Of a stretch of DNA of 64,000 bases, positions 1 through 12,435 are shown in pieces. Source of the stretch: Octopus vulgaris (taxonomy: Eukaryota); contig OX597831.1 in assembly GCA_951406725.2 (NCBI GenBank), positions 25,482,001-25,546,000 of the forward strand. Direction: 5' to 3'. The notes below the pieces were generated by a model. It made no database searches. It saw nothing but the letters and a program-made list of their open reading frames with translations, and had not been told where the DNA came from. A program made the translations under genes and the position numbers. Positions within the stretch are counted from its first letter, which is position 1. Each line of letters starts with the position of its first letter.

Positions 1-1011
1 GAGTTCAATTTCTGCCTTTAATTTGTTTCAGGGTCGATAAGATAAGTACAAGTTGAGTAATGGAATAGACCTACTCCCTCCCCAAAATTGCTGGTCCTGT
101 GCCAGAATTTGAAACCAATATTCTGAGGTCCAAAACAAGTATAGTACCAATTATATAAGATCAATGAAATATAGGACCAATCAACCATAGCAGTTGATTT
201 ATATTCCTATAATGCATCATCATCATCATCATTTAACGTCTGCCTTCCATACTAGCATGGGTTGGACGATTTGACTGAGGTCTGGTGAACAAGATAGCTG
301 CACCAGACGCCAATCTGATTTGGCAGAGTTTCTATAGTTGGAGGCCCTTTCTAATGCCAACTAGATGTAAATTGAACCGTAACAGTGTACAATCAGGTCT
401 CACCCCGCTTAGAAAGATAAGTAACAAAAACTACTTTGATTGGATTTGAACTTAGAATACAGCAGTACATACCTAAATACTGCAAGTCACTCTATCGAGT
501 CTATATCTTCGACAACACCTCACCTCCGCTTTCATATGTATTAAAGCTGAAATGTTTTCAAGGTGAATCAATGGAGATCTATTGTACTGACTTAACATCA
601 ACGTGAGAGATTTGTTGCAGAATAGTCAAAAGGTGTGTAATTGTCTTTTAGTCTCATTAGTGTTTGGTCAGGCATTAATCTGTTGAATAATTTATACAGA
701 TTTAATAGCAGATTCTTCTTGCGCCTATTCTCAAATAACCCAATGCATACATATTCGCATTTCTGTGGACTTTTAACAAATATATGACCTCAATTACCTA
801 TTTATTATACCTTTTACACCAAATCTCTATGTGTCTATGCATTTGTATATCTGTTTGTGTATGTGTATGTGTCTGTCTGTGTTTTAGTGTGTATGTCTAT
901 GTGTATGAGTGTGTTTGCTGCGGCAGCATGTATGAAGAGATGTGAAGTATGTTTTGTATATGGCTATGTACAATAAATGCTTTAGAAAGACAAGTTTGTA
1001 CATATAGCATG

Positions 1012-1058
<47 letters not shown>

Positions 1059-1167
1059 GCACCACACAAAAACACAGACCACACACACACACACACATTC
1101 ATATCACCAATCTATTTTTTGTGAAAGAACGGAACGTGGACATCAGTATTTCATGGTCTTTGAGTCT

Positions 1168-1169
<2 letters not shown>

Positions 1170-1241
<72 letters not shown>

Positions 1242-1242
1242 T

Positions 1243-1322
<80 letters not shown>

Positions 1323-1400
1323 TACAGCAGCAGTGGTGGTGGTGGTGGTGGTGGTGGTGGTGGTGATTGTATTGATGGAGGCAGTGGTGGTAGTGACTGG
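1170..1400. repeat. Compound trinucleotide microsatellite (GTA)n/(GCA)n/(GTG)n
   Basis: Directly visible; source of the poly-V/A and poly-Y/C/H ORFs. Confidence 0.95.
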
Positions 1401-1736
1401 CTGTAGCTGAAACTGTGACTGTTAAGTGATTGCAAGTTAATATATATCTAGGTGAGAATAGAAGTGGGAAAAAAAATAGCATATGTTTACAAGTTCCTCG
1501 GTTCATCTTAGCCATCAAAGCCAACCAGGAGCAGTATCACCTTCAGAATTGAATATTCTTTGTCTTCTGTGTCATCTCGGCACACATCAAAGGGTCATAT
1601 AATTTTGTTGGGTTTTTAGCAGTGTATGTCCTCCAGTCTTTAGTTGGGAAACTAATGAAATGAGGTTAACTTCCTTTGTTTTGATTGTAACCTTTTGCGT
1701 AGACGCCCGATGGCTGTGTGGTAAGAAGCTTGCTTC

Positions 1737-1872
1737 GAGGGCTTGTCTGTCGGTGGACGCCGACATCCCTCTCATCTTTATCATTATGTTTTCATTTCAT
1801 CTCATTTTGTCTACGTCCAACCTACAGGCTTCTTACTCTGTGTAATGCCCTTGTGGCAATTTATATGAATTA
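1737..1872 (+). mobile_element. 136-bp retro-insertion (probable LINE 3' end) inside a family A SINE head, with 14-bp TSD
   Basis: AAGAAGCTTGCTTC occurs at 1723-1736 and again at 1873-1886; the SINE A sequence resumes exactly after the second copy. Confidence 0.75.
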
Positions 1873-2042
1873 AAGAAGCTTGCTTCCCAAACACATGGTT
1901 CCAGGTTCAGTCCCATTGTGTGGCACCATGGGCAAGTGTATTCTACTATAGCCTTTGGCTGACTAAAGCTTTGTGAGTGGAGTGGATCTGGTAGATGGAA
2001 ACTGAAAGAAGCTCTTTGTATGTATGTATGTGTGTGTATATA

Positions 2043-2395
2043 TCATCATCATCATCATCATCATCGTTTAACGTCCGTTCTCCATGCTAGCATGGGTTGG
2101 ACGGTTCGACCGGGGATCTGGGAAGCCAGAAGGCTGCACCAGGCTCCAGTCTTATCTGGCAATGTTTCTACAGCTGGATGCCTAACACCTTCCTAACACC
2201 AACCACTCCGTGAGTGTAGTGGGTGCTTTTTACGTGCCACCTGCACAGGTGCCAGGCGAGGCTGGCAATGGCCACGGTCGGATTGGTGTATTTTACATGC
2301 CACCGGCACGGAAGCCAGTCGAGGCGACGCTGGCATCGGCCACGAGTCGGATAGTGCTTTTTATGTACCACCAGACCAGGGATCCTGGCTGGTTC
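2043..2395 (-). mobile_element. RTE-type LINE 3' UTR fragment (family C) with (GAT)n tail
   Basis: Near-identical to 50170-50410; on the minus strand it ends ...GGACGTTAAACGATGATGATG. Other copies at ~218-362, 9640-9997, 14683-14838, 17780-18010, 18955-19012, 45000-45665, 52755-52880. Confidence 0.8.
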
Positions 2396-3297
2396 AATAT
2401 AATATATATATATATATGCACACACACACACTCACACATATATAATTATGTGTGTGTGTGTGTATGCATGTATTTTTGTGTCTATTTGTGCCCTACCACC
2501 ACTCGACAACTGATGTTGGTATGTTCACATCTCTGTAACTTAGTGGTTCAGCAAAATAAACTGATAGAATAAAATAAGTACTAGCCTTACAAAGAATAAG
2601 TCCTGGGGTTGATTTGCTTGACTAAAGGTGGTGCTCCAGCATGGCCGCAGTCAAATGACTGAATCAAGTAAAAAAGAGAGTCAATTCATTCAACTATAAT
2701 CTCTTTAAGGTGGTGCCCCAGCATGGCTCCTATCTAAAGACTGAAGCAAATAAAAGAAAAATAGGTATTTATTTTTTTTTGTATATCTCAAGGAAAATTT
2801 TAGACATGTTTTAAATTCCTTTAAATTTGTATAACCAAGGACTTTTAAATGCCAACATTGTTGCTGTACAGGTTCCTGATTCAAAAGTCTGAGGAAAGCA
2901 TTTGCCAGTTTTAGCCATTCTTTTTACATTATCTCTCTTATACGATGAAGTTAATCATGATTTTCATGAATCTTCCATGTATATGTTATAGCATTTCACT
3001 CCAGCCAAAATTCCAAAGAATGTTGATGTAAATGTATAAAGACATTCCAAGTAGATATGGTCTTGTTTTCATTTATTTAATCATTTATTTTTTGTTTAAT
3101 AAAGGCTTTTTTTTTTTGGCTGTTGGGAAGGCTTGGACTTCTAAAGAATCATATAAGGGAGTAGTAGACCCAAACTGCTCAAAATAAGAGGTTTCCATTG
3201 CCTCAAATTCTCTGTTGGATCTTTCATTACAAATGCTCTTGGTACACAGCCTCTGTGTTCCAGACAGACTGTTGACCTTTTCTTTGTCTCTTGTTTT

Positions 3298-3640
3298 TTA
3301 CTTGTTTTAGTCATTTCACAGTGGCCATGCTGGAGCACCACATTGAAGTTTTTCTTTGTCAAAGGACATTTCTTTTGTTAAAGCTTAGTACTTATTCTAT
3401 TGATCTCTTTTGCCGAACTGCTAAGTTATGGGAAGGTAAATAGACCAATACTGGTTGTCAAGCAGTGTGGGGTAGGGGACAAACACAGACACAAACACGC
3501 ACACACACACACACACATGCATACACATACACAGACTTCTTTCAGTTTCTGTCTACCAACTCCACTCACAAGGTTATGGTCGGCTCAAGGCTGTGGTAGA
3601 AGACACTTGCCTAAGATGTCACACAGTGGGGCTGAACCTG
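3298..3640 (-). mobile_element. tRNA-derived SINE family A, diverged copy
   Basis: Reverse complement of the family A body and tail (GGCCATGCTGGAGCACC...GAAGACACTTGCC). Confidence 0.8.
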
Positions 3641-3837
3641 AATCTGTCTCAACAAAACATACATCCGCAGCCATGGTTACGTCTTTGTCATGAGCATCCA
3701 CCAAGTTTTGAATTGCTTAACTCTCTGAAAGAAGCTAGATCATATTGGTTTCAAATTTTGGCAGAAGGCCAGCAATTTTAAAGGAGGAGTAAGTCTGTTA
3801 CACCTGCTCCAGTGTTCATCTGGTACTTATTTTAATC

Positions 3838-4250
3838 AGGTGTAGAAGTGGCTGTGTGGTAAGTAGCTTGCTTACGAACCACATGGTTCTGGGTTTAGTC
3901 CCACTGCATGGCACCTTGGGAAAGTGTTTTCTACTATAGCCTCGGGCCGACCAAAGCCTTCTGAGTGGATTTGGTAGATGGAAACTGAAAGAAGCCCGTC
4001 ATCTATATGTATATATATATGTGTATGTGTGTGTGTATATGTTTGTATGTCTGTGTTTGTCCCCCAACATCGCTTGACAGCCGATGTTGGTGTGTTTACG
4101 TCCCCCGTAACTTAGCAGTTCAGCAAAAGAGACCGATAGAATAAGTATTAGGCTTACAAAGAATAAATCCTGGGGTTGATTTGGTCGACTAAAGGCGGTG
4201 CCCTAGCATGGCCAGAGTCAAATGACTGAAACAAGTAAAAGAGTAAAGAG
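3838..4250 (+). mobile_element. tRNA-derived SINE family A (CORE-like), full length, splitting a minus-strand family B SINE
   Basis: A box TGGCTGTGTGG, B-box-like GGTTTAGTCCC, CORE-like CACCTTGGGAAAGTG..., internal TA/TG microsatellite, tail GACTGAAACAAGTAAAAGAG. Family B pieces flank it at ~3740-3835 and ~4255-4375. Confidence 0.88.
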
Positions 4251-4479
4251 AGTAACCACAGAAGAATGAAAGACATGGTCAACCGTGGTGGAACTTGAAC
4301 TCAGAATGTAAAGACAGATGAAAATCTGTAAAGCATTTTGCCTGGCGTGCTAACAATTCTGCCAGCTCACCACCATAAAACAAGTTAGAATATATTATTG
4401 AAGATCCTTTTTTCAATTACAGGACATTGAAATATTGGGAATAGAATAAGGTGGTATTGTTATTGATCCAGCAGCATGT

Positions 4480-4760
4480 GACGACTACATTTTCTTGAAA
4501 AGCATATCATCATTGATCAGGATTTCTTCTATCACATCAGTATAGTCTTCATAGCTTTTGTGTGTGGTTGACTATGTATTTGGGTGTTTATATGACAACG
4601 TTATGCAGAAAGGAAAGAAGACCCAGAACAGCACCTTATGGTATACCTCTTATTAAAACACGCATTTTAGAAATTGATCAGTTAGCCAGTATCATTTGAT
4701 TTCAGCTTTACAGGAAATCAGAGATCTAAAATCTTCTGACTTGATTTCATGGCTGACTTC
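4480..4760 (-). pseudogene. Highly decayed CR1/Jockey-group LINE reverse transcriptase fragment
   Basis: Minus strand translates ...ISDFL*S*NQ...RGIP*GAVLGLLSF..., resembling the WI.DFL...SGVPQGSVLGPLLF RT motif; many stops. Confidence 0.5.
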
Positions 4761-4792
4761 ATTAAAGATTGAAATATATCTTTCTGTGTGTA

Positions 4793-5022
4793 GGTGGCGA
4801 GCTGGCAGAATTGTTAGGATGCCGGTCGAAATGTTAAGTGGTATTTCGTCTGCCATTACATTCTGAGTTCAAATTCCACTGAGGTCGACTTTGCCTTTCA
4901 TCCTTTCGGGGTCGATAAATTAAGTACCAGTTACGCACTGGGGTTGATGTAATCGACTTAATCCCTTTGTCTGTCATTGTTTGTCCCCTCTATGTTTAGC
5001 CCCTTGTGGGTAGTAAAGAAAT
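4793..5022 (+). mobile_element. tRNA-derived SINE family B with Deu/Nin-like central domain
   Basis: GGCGAGCTGGCAGAA head, B box GAGTTCAAATTCC, core GTCGACTTTGCCTTTCATCCTTTCGGGGTCGATAAATTAAGTACCAG resembling the Deu/Nin domain. Further copies at ~1-118, 22025-22440 (tandem), 22975-23182, 27068-27270, 38405-38595, 40505-40716, 40902-41032, 42558-42790, 44802-44935, 55378-55607(-). Confidence 0.85.
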
Positions 5023-5051
5023 ATATATCTTTCTGTATCTGTGTATCTGTG

Positions 5052-5089
<38 letters not shown>

Positions 5090-5374
5090 AGACAGCTGGC
5101 ATCCAAAGGCACAACCTTCAGAGGTTTTCGTTGATATCAACCCTACTCTGTTTTCAAGAGTGGAGTTTATTTTGTTCATCCTTATTCGTTCAGCCACAAG
5201 GTCGGTCATAATATATAAAGGGACACACCAAAAGCATCACTTGCTTGTATACAGATATGGCTATGTGGTAAGAAATTTGCTTCCCAACCACATGGTTCCG
5301 GGTTCATTCCCACTTTGTAGCACTTTGGACAAGCGTCTTCTACTTTAGCCTTGAGCTGACTAAAGCCTTGTAAA

Positions 5375-5615
5375 GCACCAGTTGTTAGTTGTTGGAGAAC
5401 TGCATCCATCAAAACTTCCATGCTTCCTGAGATTCGCCAACACTACACCTGATTTTCTCCATTCCATACACACACAAGCATGTATCTGACTCGTACATTG
5501 TTCGCTCTCCAGACATTTATACATTACTGCATATGCTTTATATGCACTTTTGACAAGTTGTGGTGCACCTGAGCACTGTATACAATAATTTCATTATTAT
5601 TATTATTATTATTAT
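5375..5615 (+). mobile_element. Probable LINE 3' end with (ATT)n tail interrupting a family A SINE
   Basis: SINE A stops at ~5375 and resumes near 5700; the intervening sequence ends ...GCACTGTATACAATAATTTC(ATT)n. Confidence 0.5.
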
Positions 5616-6074
5616 TATACACAAAAACTCATGCATACAGACACACACTGGTATAAACACACACACAATTGGCTTTCTGTATTTAGACTGTAAAAGGACT
5701 CAGTAGACAGAAACTGAAAGAAGCCTGTTGTATATGTGTGCATGTGTGTGTGTGTGTGTGTGTGTGTGTTTTTGTTTGTGTCTATATTTATGCTGTGACT
5801 GTTTATACTCCGTTATTTAGCAATTAAACAAAAAGATAACATTAAAATAAATACTACGTTGAAGCCATTGTGCAGCGAGGGAGATGTCAGTAGTTGCTAA
5901 AATCCACAAAGGACAAGCCCCATCATGATTACAGTCTAATGACTAAATCCAACCCCCAAAAATCCCCCCAAAAAAGATGGAATATAAAAGCCATAGAAAC
6001 ACTCAAAAAAATTTATGGTGCAAGGAATTATTGAAGATAAATATAAATCTGGATTAATCTCCCTCGATATCCAA

Positions 6075-6122
6075 TATCTATCTATCTATCTATCTATCTC
6101 TCTCTATATATATATGTGTGTG

Positions 6123-6219
<97 letters not shown>

Positions 6220-6385
6220 GTATATATATGTATATGTATATATACATATACATGCATGTATATATACACACATATATATCCAATATATATATATATATAT
6301 ATATATACATACACACACACACACACCTATGCCATCATGGAAGGTGGACGTTAGGCAATGATGATGATGATGATGATGATGATAC
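6075..6385. repeat. (TCTA)/(TA)n/(CA)n/(GAT)n compound microsatellite
   Basis: Directly visible. Confidence 0.95.
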
Positions 6386-6542
6386 AGGCATACATATATC
6401 ATTAATCTAACTTGATATCCCTTATATTATTCATCAATTAATCTCTGTCAATATGGATCAGAACGAGATATAATTAAGAAATTCATTTCCTCTCATAAAG
6501 ATCAATGGTAAAAAGAACAAGAAAAAAAGTAATCAGATTTCC

Positions 6543-6601
<59 letters not shown>

Positions 6602-8423
6602 ATTGCTAGCGCTCCTGCAGTTGTTGTTGCTGTTGTTGTGTGGTCTTTCGTGAAGAGACACTACTCGACTAGTGTAAAATATCAACTATTCGTAGAACTA
6701 GAACGACAGGCACAAGAGGGGAGGGCAGATGTAACATTATTGGGTGGGCAGATGTGTGAATGATAGATCAAAGTTTTTCGTTTTGTTTGTTTGTTTTTTT
6801 TTTGGCATATATTTTATTTTTAGAATCTAATTCTGTAATTTTTCAATAAATCTTTCTTAAATTTCAATGATTATTATTATCGTCATGATTGTTGTGGCCA
6901 TTTTTAAACTGAAATGTTGTAAAACTTTCTTGAATGTATTTTAAGGATATCTGAAATTTAAATTAGAAAGTGTCAAAAAAATTTCATTGAAAGGTAAATT
7001 ATATTTTATCAGCAATTATCTATTTTATTTATTTCTTAGGTTTTTTTTTTTTTCTCAAATTTGGTAATTTTGCATATCCTTGACAGGAATACATCTTAGA
7101 AACCTGGAGCTGTTCCAGAGGTGAATCAGCTTGGCTATTGATATGTTCCTTGGATGGTTTAAACAATCCCCACCCTTGCTTATATCATGGAAATAGTATA
7201 AATTCTACCCACACCATGCTGCTGCAGTAATGCACCCCTCTCTTCACCTATTTAGTATAGACAACCAATATGCCCACTATCTAATACTGCCATTGAGGTC
7301 TCCCTTTATTATTAAGAGCCATCTACATGATGGAGGTGCAGGAGTGGCTGTGTGGTAAGTAGCTTGCTTACTAACCACATGGTTCTGGGTTCATTACCAC
7401 TCTGTGGCACCTTGGGCAAGTGTCTTCTACTATAGCCTCAGGCCGACCAAAGCCTTGTGAGTGGATTTGGTAGACGGAAACTGAAAAAAGTCCGTCGTAT
7501 ATATGTGGGAAGCCCTGTGAGTAAAACTTTAGCTGATGGAAACTCTGTGGATACCCATCAAAGGGACCACTACCTAGTCTTGGATGGCAGGCTTCATGTA
7601 TTCCCTTTTTGAACACCTTCATCTAACCAGTTAGCACCTTTTGTAGACAATCCTTTGTTGCGAACATTTGCTCTAAAAAATAAATTCCTCTTTTCTTCTT
7701 TACAACGAACTAAGAACCTCCTGAAAAATGGTCAAGAATACGGCCCTCCCTCTTCTCAGAACTTCCCATATCCATCCCCATTAATGAAAGCATAAAAAAA
7801 TCCCTACTTCACAACCATCATTATTAACTCTGCTGTGACAATCAGAGTGTTAAAGACTCAATTGTTCTCTAACCTAAAACAAATAAATGAGAAATCTAAG
7901 GTGTGAATGTGAGACACTGTTGAATTCTCTTCCTCGTTGTCTATGTCATTAAACGACAGTGATTTATGTGACTGTTCCTTACAGCAGCCATCAAGCAACA
8001 TTAATAACCTACTATATTATTGACTACAACATTTGTCTCTCTTATCAGTGATAATGGCTTATTAAGGATGACAAATTTGTAATTTCTTCTTTTACCGGCT
8101 TACACGAAACAATACCACAATCGATGTTTTGTCATTTTTGTTTTCTCTTGAGGCAAAGTAACAGAATATAAATGTGTGTGTATATATGTATGGACACAAA
8201 TGTGTGTAAATACATTCTTTAATATATATATATATATATGTGTAGGCTCAGGTGCGTGGCTGTGTGGTAAGAAGCTTGCTTCCCAATTACATGGTCCTGG
8301 GTTCAATTCCTCTTCATGGTACCTTTGGAAAGTGTCTCCTGCTATAGCCTTTTGCAGACCAAAGCCTTGTGAGTGAACTTGGTAGAGAGAAACTGAAAGA
8401 AGCCCGTAGTGTGTATATATACA

Positions 8424-9275
8424 TAAGGTATGATCAATAAGTATCCGAACTGTTGCCATAGTAACCAAGCTAAAGCACACCAAGTAAAGCCGGTTGGCAC
8501 AAATTAACTTTAAACCCAACCATGTATGTGCACTAAATTTTAACCTTCTAGCTCACTTCTGCTGTTTACAGCACTGCTTGGAAGGAAGGTGTGTAGTATG
8601 TGATTGTTGCATTCACCAGGACAGGGAAAGTTGTCATGGTGATACCTGCTCAGTGGCCTACACAAAGTTGCAGAAAGTATGTGGAGTGGAGTGTATGAGT
8701 GGTTCGGACATTTGCAAGACAGCTGAAAAAATGTCGATATGGACGAACGTTCTGGGAGACCCACAACCAGCAGAACTGAGAAAGACATCACAGATGTGTG
8801 TGCATCAGTGAGGGGAAATCATCGAATCACTATCCATGAGGTATCAGAGGATGTGCAGATTCGTTATGGTTCAGTTCAGTCCATTATCACTGAAGATTTG
8901 GGCATGAGATGTGTGTCTCCCAAGTTTGCGTCAAAACTGCTTTCAGCTGACCAAAAAGACACTCGGGTTTCAATTGCACAAGAACTCCTTGATTGTGTCA
9001 AGAATGATGAAAACTTTTTTTAAAACTTTGTGTAAGCCTCTGAACAGGTATTGCCAAACTTTTGGCAAAATTTGAAGCAGATACTCTGCTCAACTTTCTC
9101 TATCATATCACACACTACACAAGCACTTCTGTAAACAGCATAAGAGAGTTAGAACATTAAAACTTAGTGCACATACACAGCAGAGTTTAAGGTCAATCTG
9201 TGTCGTGGGACTTCACTCTGCATGCTTTAGCTTCATTACTATGGCAGCAGTCCAGATACATACTGATCAGACCAC
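8424..9275 (+). mobile_element. Non-autonomous mariner (Tc1/mariner) element with long inverted arms and a transposase N-terminal remnant, nested in a family A SINE
   Basis: Left end AGGTATGATCAATAAGTATCCGAACTGTTGCCATAGTAA matches the reverse complement of 9236-9275. ORF 8739-9023 (DERSGRPTTS...RITIHEVSEDVQIRYGSVQSIITEDLGMRCVSPKFASKLL) is mariner HTH plus the WVP-equivalent linker. SINE A head lies before (8250-8410) and its body after (9340-9410). Confidence 0.88.
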
Positions 9276-9316
9276 ACACAGACACAGACTACACACACGC
9301 ATATATGTATATAGCC

Positions 9317-9355
<39 letters not shown>

Positions 9356-10004
9356 ACCCCCATCCCTCCCCACCGTCACTGCTTGACAACTGGTGTGTTT
9401 ACATCCCCATAGGCTCAAAAATTAAGTCTTGAAACAAATAAAATAAAGAAATAGAATATGAATATACATATATATATGATGGACTCTACTGTCGTTCGAT
9501 GACGTACAAAGGTTCTACAATTTCATAACAAACAACCACACAGATTATTTATTTATAGTGGTCAGATGTCTGTGTAGATATAAGCTCACTCCCTCCGTGA
9601 GATCGACATTACCTGTACAGGTGCAACAGGTGCCACATGTCAGATTCGATCAACATCAATGGAAATTGCAGCTGTGATACCAGTGCCGGTGGCACGTAAG
9701 AGTACCATCCAAACGTGGCCGTTCCCAGCGCCACCCCGACTGGCCTTCTGCCGGTGGCATGTAAAAAGCACCATCCGATCGTGGCTGTTTGCCAGCCTCG
9801 TCTGCCACCTGTGCCAGTGGCACGTAAAAAGCAACCACTACACTCACGGAGTGGTTGGCGTTAGGAAGGGCATCCAGCCATAGAAACATTGCCAGATCAG
9901 ACTGGGCCTGGTGCAGCCTTCTGGCTTCCCAGACCCCATTTGAACCATCCAACCCATGCTAGCATGGAAAGTGGACGCTAAACGATGATGATGATGATAT
10001 ATAT

Positions 10005-10240
10005 ACCCATGCATACCGGCCTCCCCTCTCCACACCACCAGTGTTATCCAAGGTTAAAGCAGAGGCTGATACAGCTTAGCACCTGTGATGTCACAACTCA
10101 TTTCTACAGCTGAGTGAACTGGAGCCATGTGAAATAAAGTGTCTTGCTCAAGAACACAGCATGCAGCCCGGTCCGGGATTCAAACTCACAACCTCACGAT
10201 CATAAGCTCAACACTCTAACCCCTGAGCCATGCGCCTTTG
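10005..10240 (-). mobile_element. tRNA-derived SINE family D (Meta/V-like central domain)
   Basis: Minus strand: TGGCTCAGGGG A box, GAGTTTGAATCCC B box, TGTTCTTGAGCAAGACACTT...CACTCAGCTGTAGAAATGAG. Other copies at 14255-14485(+), 25575-25845(+), 41892-42215(-). Confidence 0.8.
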
Positions 10241-10261
10241 CACACACACACACACACTTAG

Positions 10262-10542
10262 AGGTTAGTGTTGCGCTCATGACCTCCAGATTTGGGGTTC
10301 AATTCCCGGACTGGGCAGTGCATTGTATTCTTGAGCAATACACTTCAATTCATGTTGCTCTGCAGTAATTTTGACAACTGACGTGTGACACATTTGTGCA
10401 TCTGTAGAGGCAATGTCGATTTGATAGAAGGAGTGAGCTAATGTGCTGTACATACATTTGATCAATGCAAACAAATCATTTGCTCCAATCATTCAACAAA
10501 AACTGAACACTCGTACTTTCGTTTTGACAGGAGATTACATCG
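10262..10542 (+). mobile_element. tRNA-derived SINE family H (head related to D, different tail)
   Basis: GGTTCAATTCCCGGACTGGG B box then TTCTTGAGCAATACAC. Its tail matches the reverse complement of ~9480-9642; another head at 11465-11486/11717-11835. Confidence 0.65.
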
Positions 10543-10559
10543 TATATATATTAATATAT

Positions 10560-10785
10560 ATTTCTTTATTGCCTACAAGGGGCTAAACATAGAGGGGACA
10601 AACAAGGACAGACAAAGGGATTAAGTCGATTACATCGACCCCAGTGCGAAACTGGTGCTTTATTTATCGACCCCGAAAGGATGAAAGGCAAAGTCACCCT
10701 CGGCGGAATTTGAACTCAGAACGTAACGACAGACGAAATACTGCTAAGCATTTCGCCCGGCGTGCTAACGTTTCTGCCAGCTCGC
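10560..10785 (-). mobile_element. SINE family B, low-divergence copy
   Basis: Reverse complement of 4793-5022 and 11487-11716. Confidence 0.88.
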
Positions 10786-10934
10786 AGGTGCCAGGAGTAT
10801 TGAAGATAAGAGAGAGAGAGAGAGACAGATAGACAGACAGACAGCTTAATAGATACATAGACAGACAGACAGACAACTTAATAGATACATAGACAGACTC
10901 AAACATAAGACAGGCAAATTACATCTATGAGCAT

Positions 10935-11400
10935 ATATTGGCTCAGAAAATCATGGTGACTGTTTTTGAAGATGACAAGGATATTCTTCTTGATTTTCTC
11001 AAGAATGACTGTACTGTGAACAGTGATCGGTACACCAAAACACTCAAAAGGTTTAGAGGAATCATTACAAAGAAGAGACCAAACAAAAATCTACAGGGAT
11101 CCACATTCATTACAACAAAACATTATCACATACATCTTTGACAACAAATCAGGCAATTGACAAGTAAATTAGGCATTGGTCCCTACCTACCATAAACCTG
11201 GATATAGCACCCTCTGACATTTATCTTTTCACTCCAATAAAAAGCAGTCTTTGGGGATTATTATTTGGCAGCACAGACAAGGTGAAGGTGGTTTTGAAGA
11301 GGTGGGTATACTGGTGCACCCCTGGGTTTCTTTCAAAGGGGGCTCCAAATATTCAGTTCTACATTGATACGAATGCATCAGTTGTGAAGGGGAACAATGT
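10935..11400 (+). pseudogene. Decayed mariner transposase catalytic-domain fragment
   Basis: KIMVTVF..DILLDFL..TVNSDRY..L..F...I.KKRP, followed after a frameshift by DIAPSDIYLFTPIK (the YSPDLAPSDYHLF motif) at ~11200-11245. Confidence 0.8.
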
Positions 11401-11486
11401 TCAGTAGTACTATAGAGGAAGAGTTACCACATGCACATACACATGTGTGTGTGTGTGTGAGTGAGGATGCATGGCCTAGTGGTTAG

Positions 11487-11716
11487 GCGGTGAGCTGGCA
11501 GAAACATTAGCACGCCGGGCGAAATGCTTAGCAGTATTTCGTCTGCCGTTACGTTCTGAGTTCAAATTCCGCTGAGGTCGACTTTGCCTTTCATCCTTTC
11601 GGGGTCAATAAATTAAGTACCAGTTATGCACTGGGGTCAATATAATCGACTTAATCCGTTTGTCTGTCCTTGTTTGTACCCTCTGTGTTTAGCCCCTTGT
11701 GGGTAATAACGAAATA
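11487..11716 (+). mobile_element. SINE family B inserted into the tRNA head of a family H SINE
   Basis: Full family B sequence flanked by a short GGTTAG(G) duplication; host head TGGCCTAGTGGTTAG...GGTTCAATTC is split around it. Confidence 0.85.
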
Positions 11717-12039
11717 GGTTAGGGTATTACAATCATGACTACAGGATTGTGGTTCAATTCCTATACCGGGTGGTGCTTTGTGTTCTTGAGTCAAACACAT
11801 CTCACGTTGCTCTGCGATCAATCCAACGCCTGACATGTATATACAAAAGTGAATTCGGAGAGATATATTATCTGGGTGGATACCATATTAGCTCTCAGTT
11901 AAGTTCGAGTTAACAACTAACTACAGCAATCAGTATCTGATGTCTGTGACTACCTTTAGTTGTTAGTCACTCCATAAATTCTTCTGATAGGTAATTCTGT
12001 GTACTCTTCACTGGATGGTATATATTTGTATTAAAATAG

Positions 12040-12435
12040 AGTGGCTGTGTGGTAAGTAGCTTGCTTACCAACCACATGGTTCTAGGTTCAGTCCCACCGC
12101 ATGGCACCCTGGGCAAGTGTCTTCTACTATAGCCTCAGGCCAACCAAAGCCTTGTGAGCAGATTTGGTAGACGGAAACTGAAAGAAGCCTGTCATATATA
12201 TATTTGTGTATATATATGTATATGTTTGTGTGTCTGTGTTTTCCCGCCCCCAACATAGCTTGACAACTGATGCTGGTGTGTTTAGATGCCTGTAACTTAG
12301 CAGGTCGGCAAAAGAGACTGATAGAATAATTAGTAGGCTTACAAAGAATAAGTCCTGGGGTCGATTTGCTCGACTAAAAGCAGTGCTCCAGCATGGCTGC
12401 AGTCAAATGACTGAAACATATAAAAGAATAAAAGA
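12040..12435 (+). mobile_element. SINE family A, full length
   Basis: Matches 30852-31250 along its length. Confidence 0.88.

Noticed and set aside
7086-7125. Possible 34-nt micro-exon (TGACAG|GAATAC...CCAGAG|GTGAAT) and acceptor-like sites at 4422, 31722, 31856
   Set aside because: Weak donors or in-frame stops, or located inside repeat-derived sequence; cannot be supported without transcript data.
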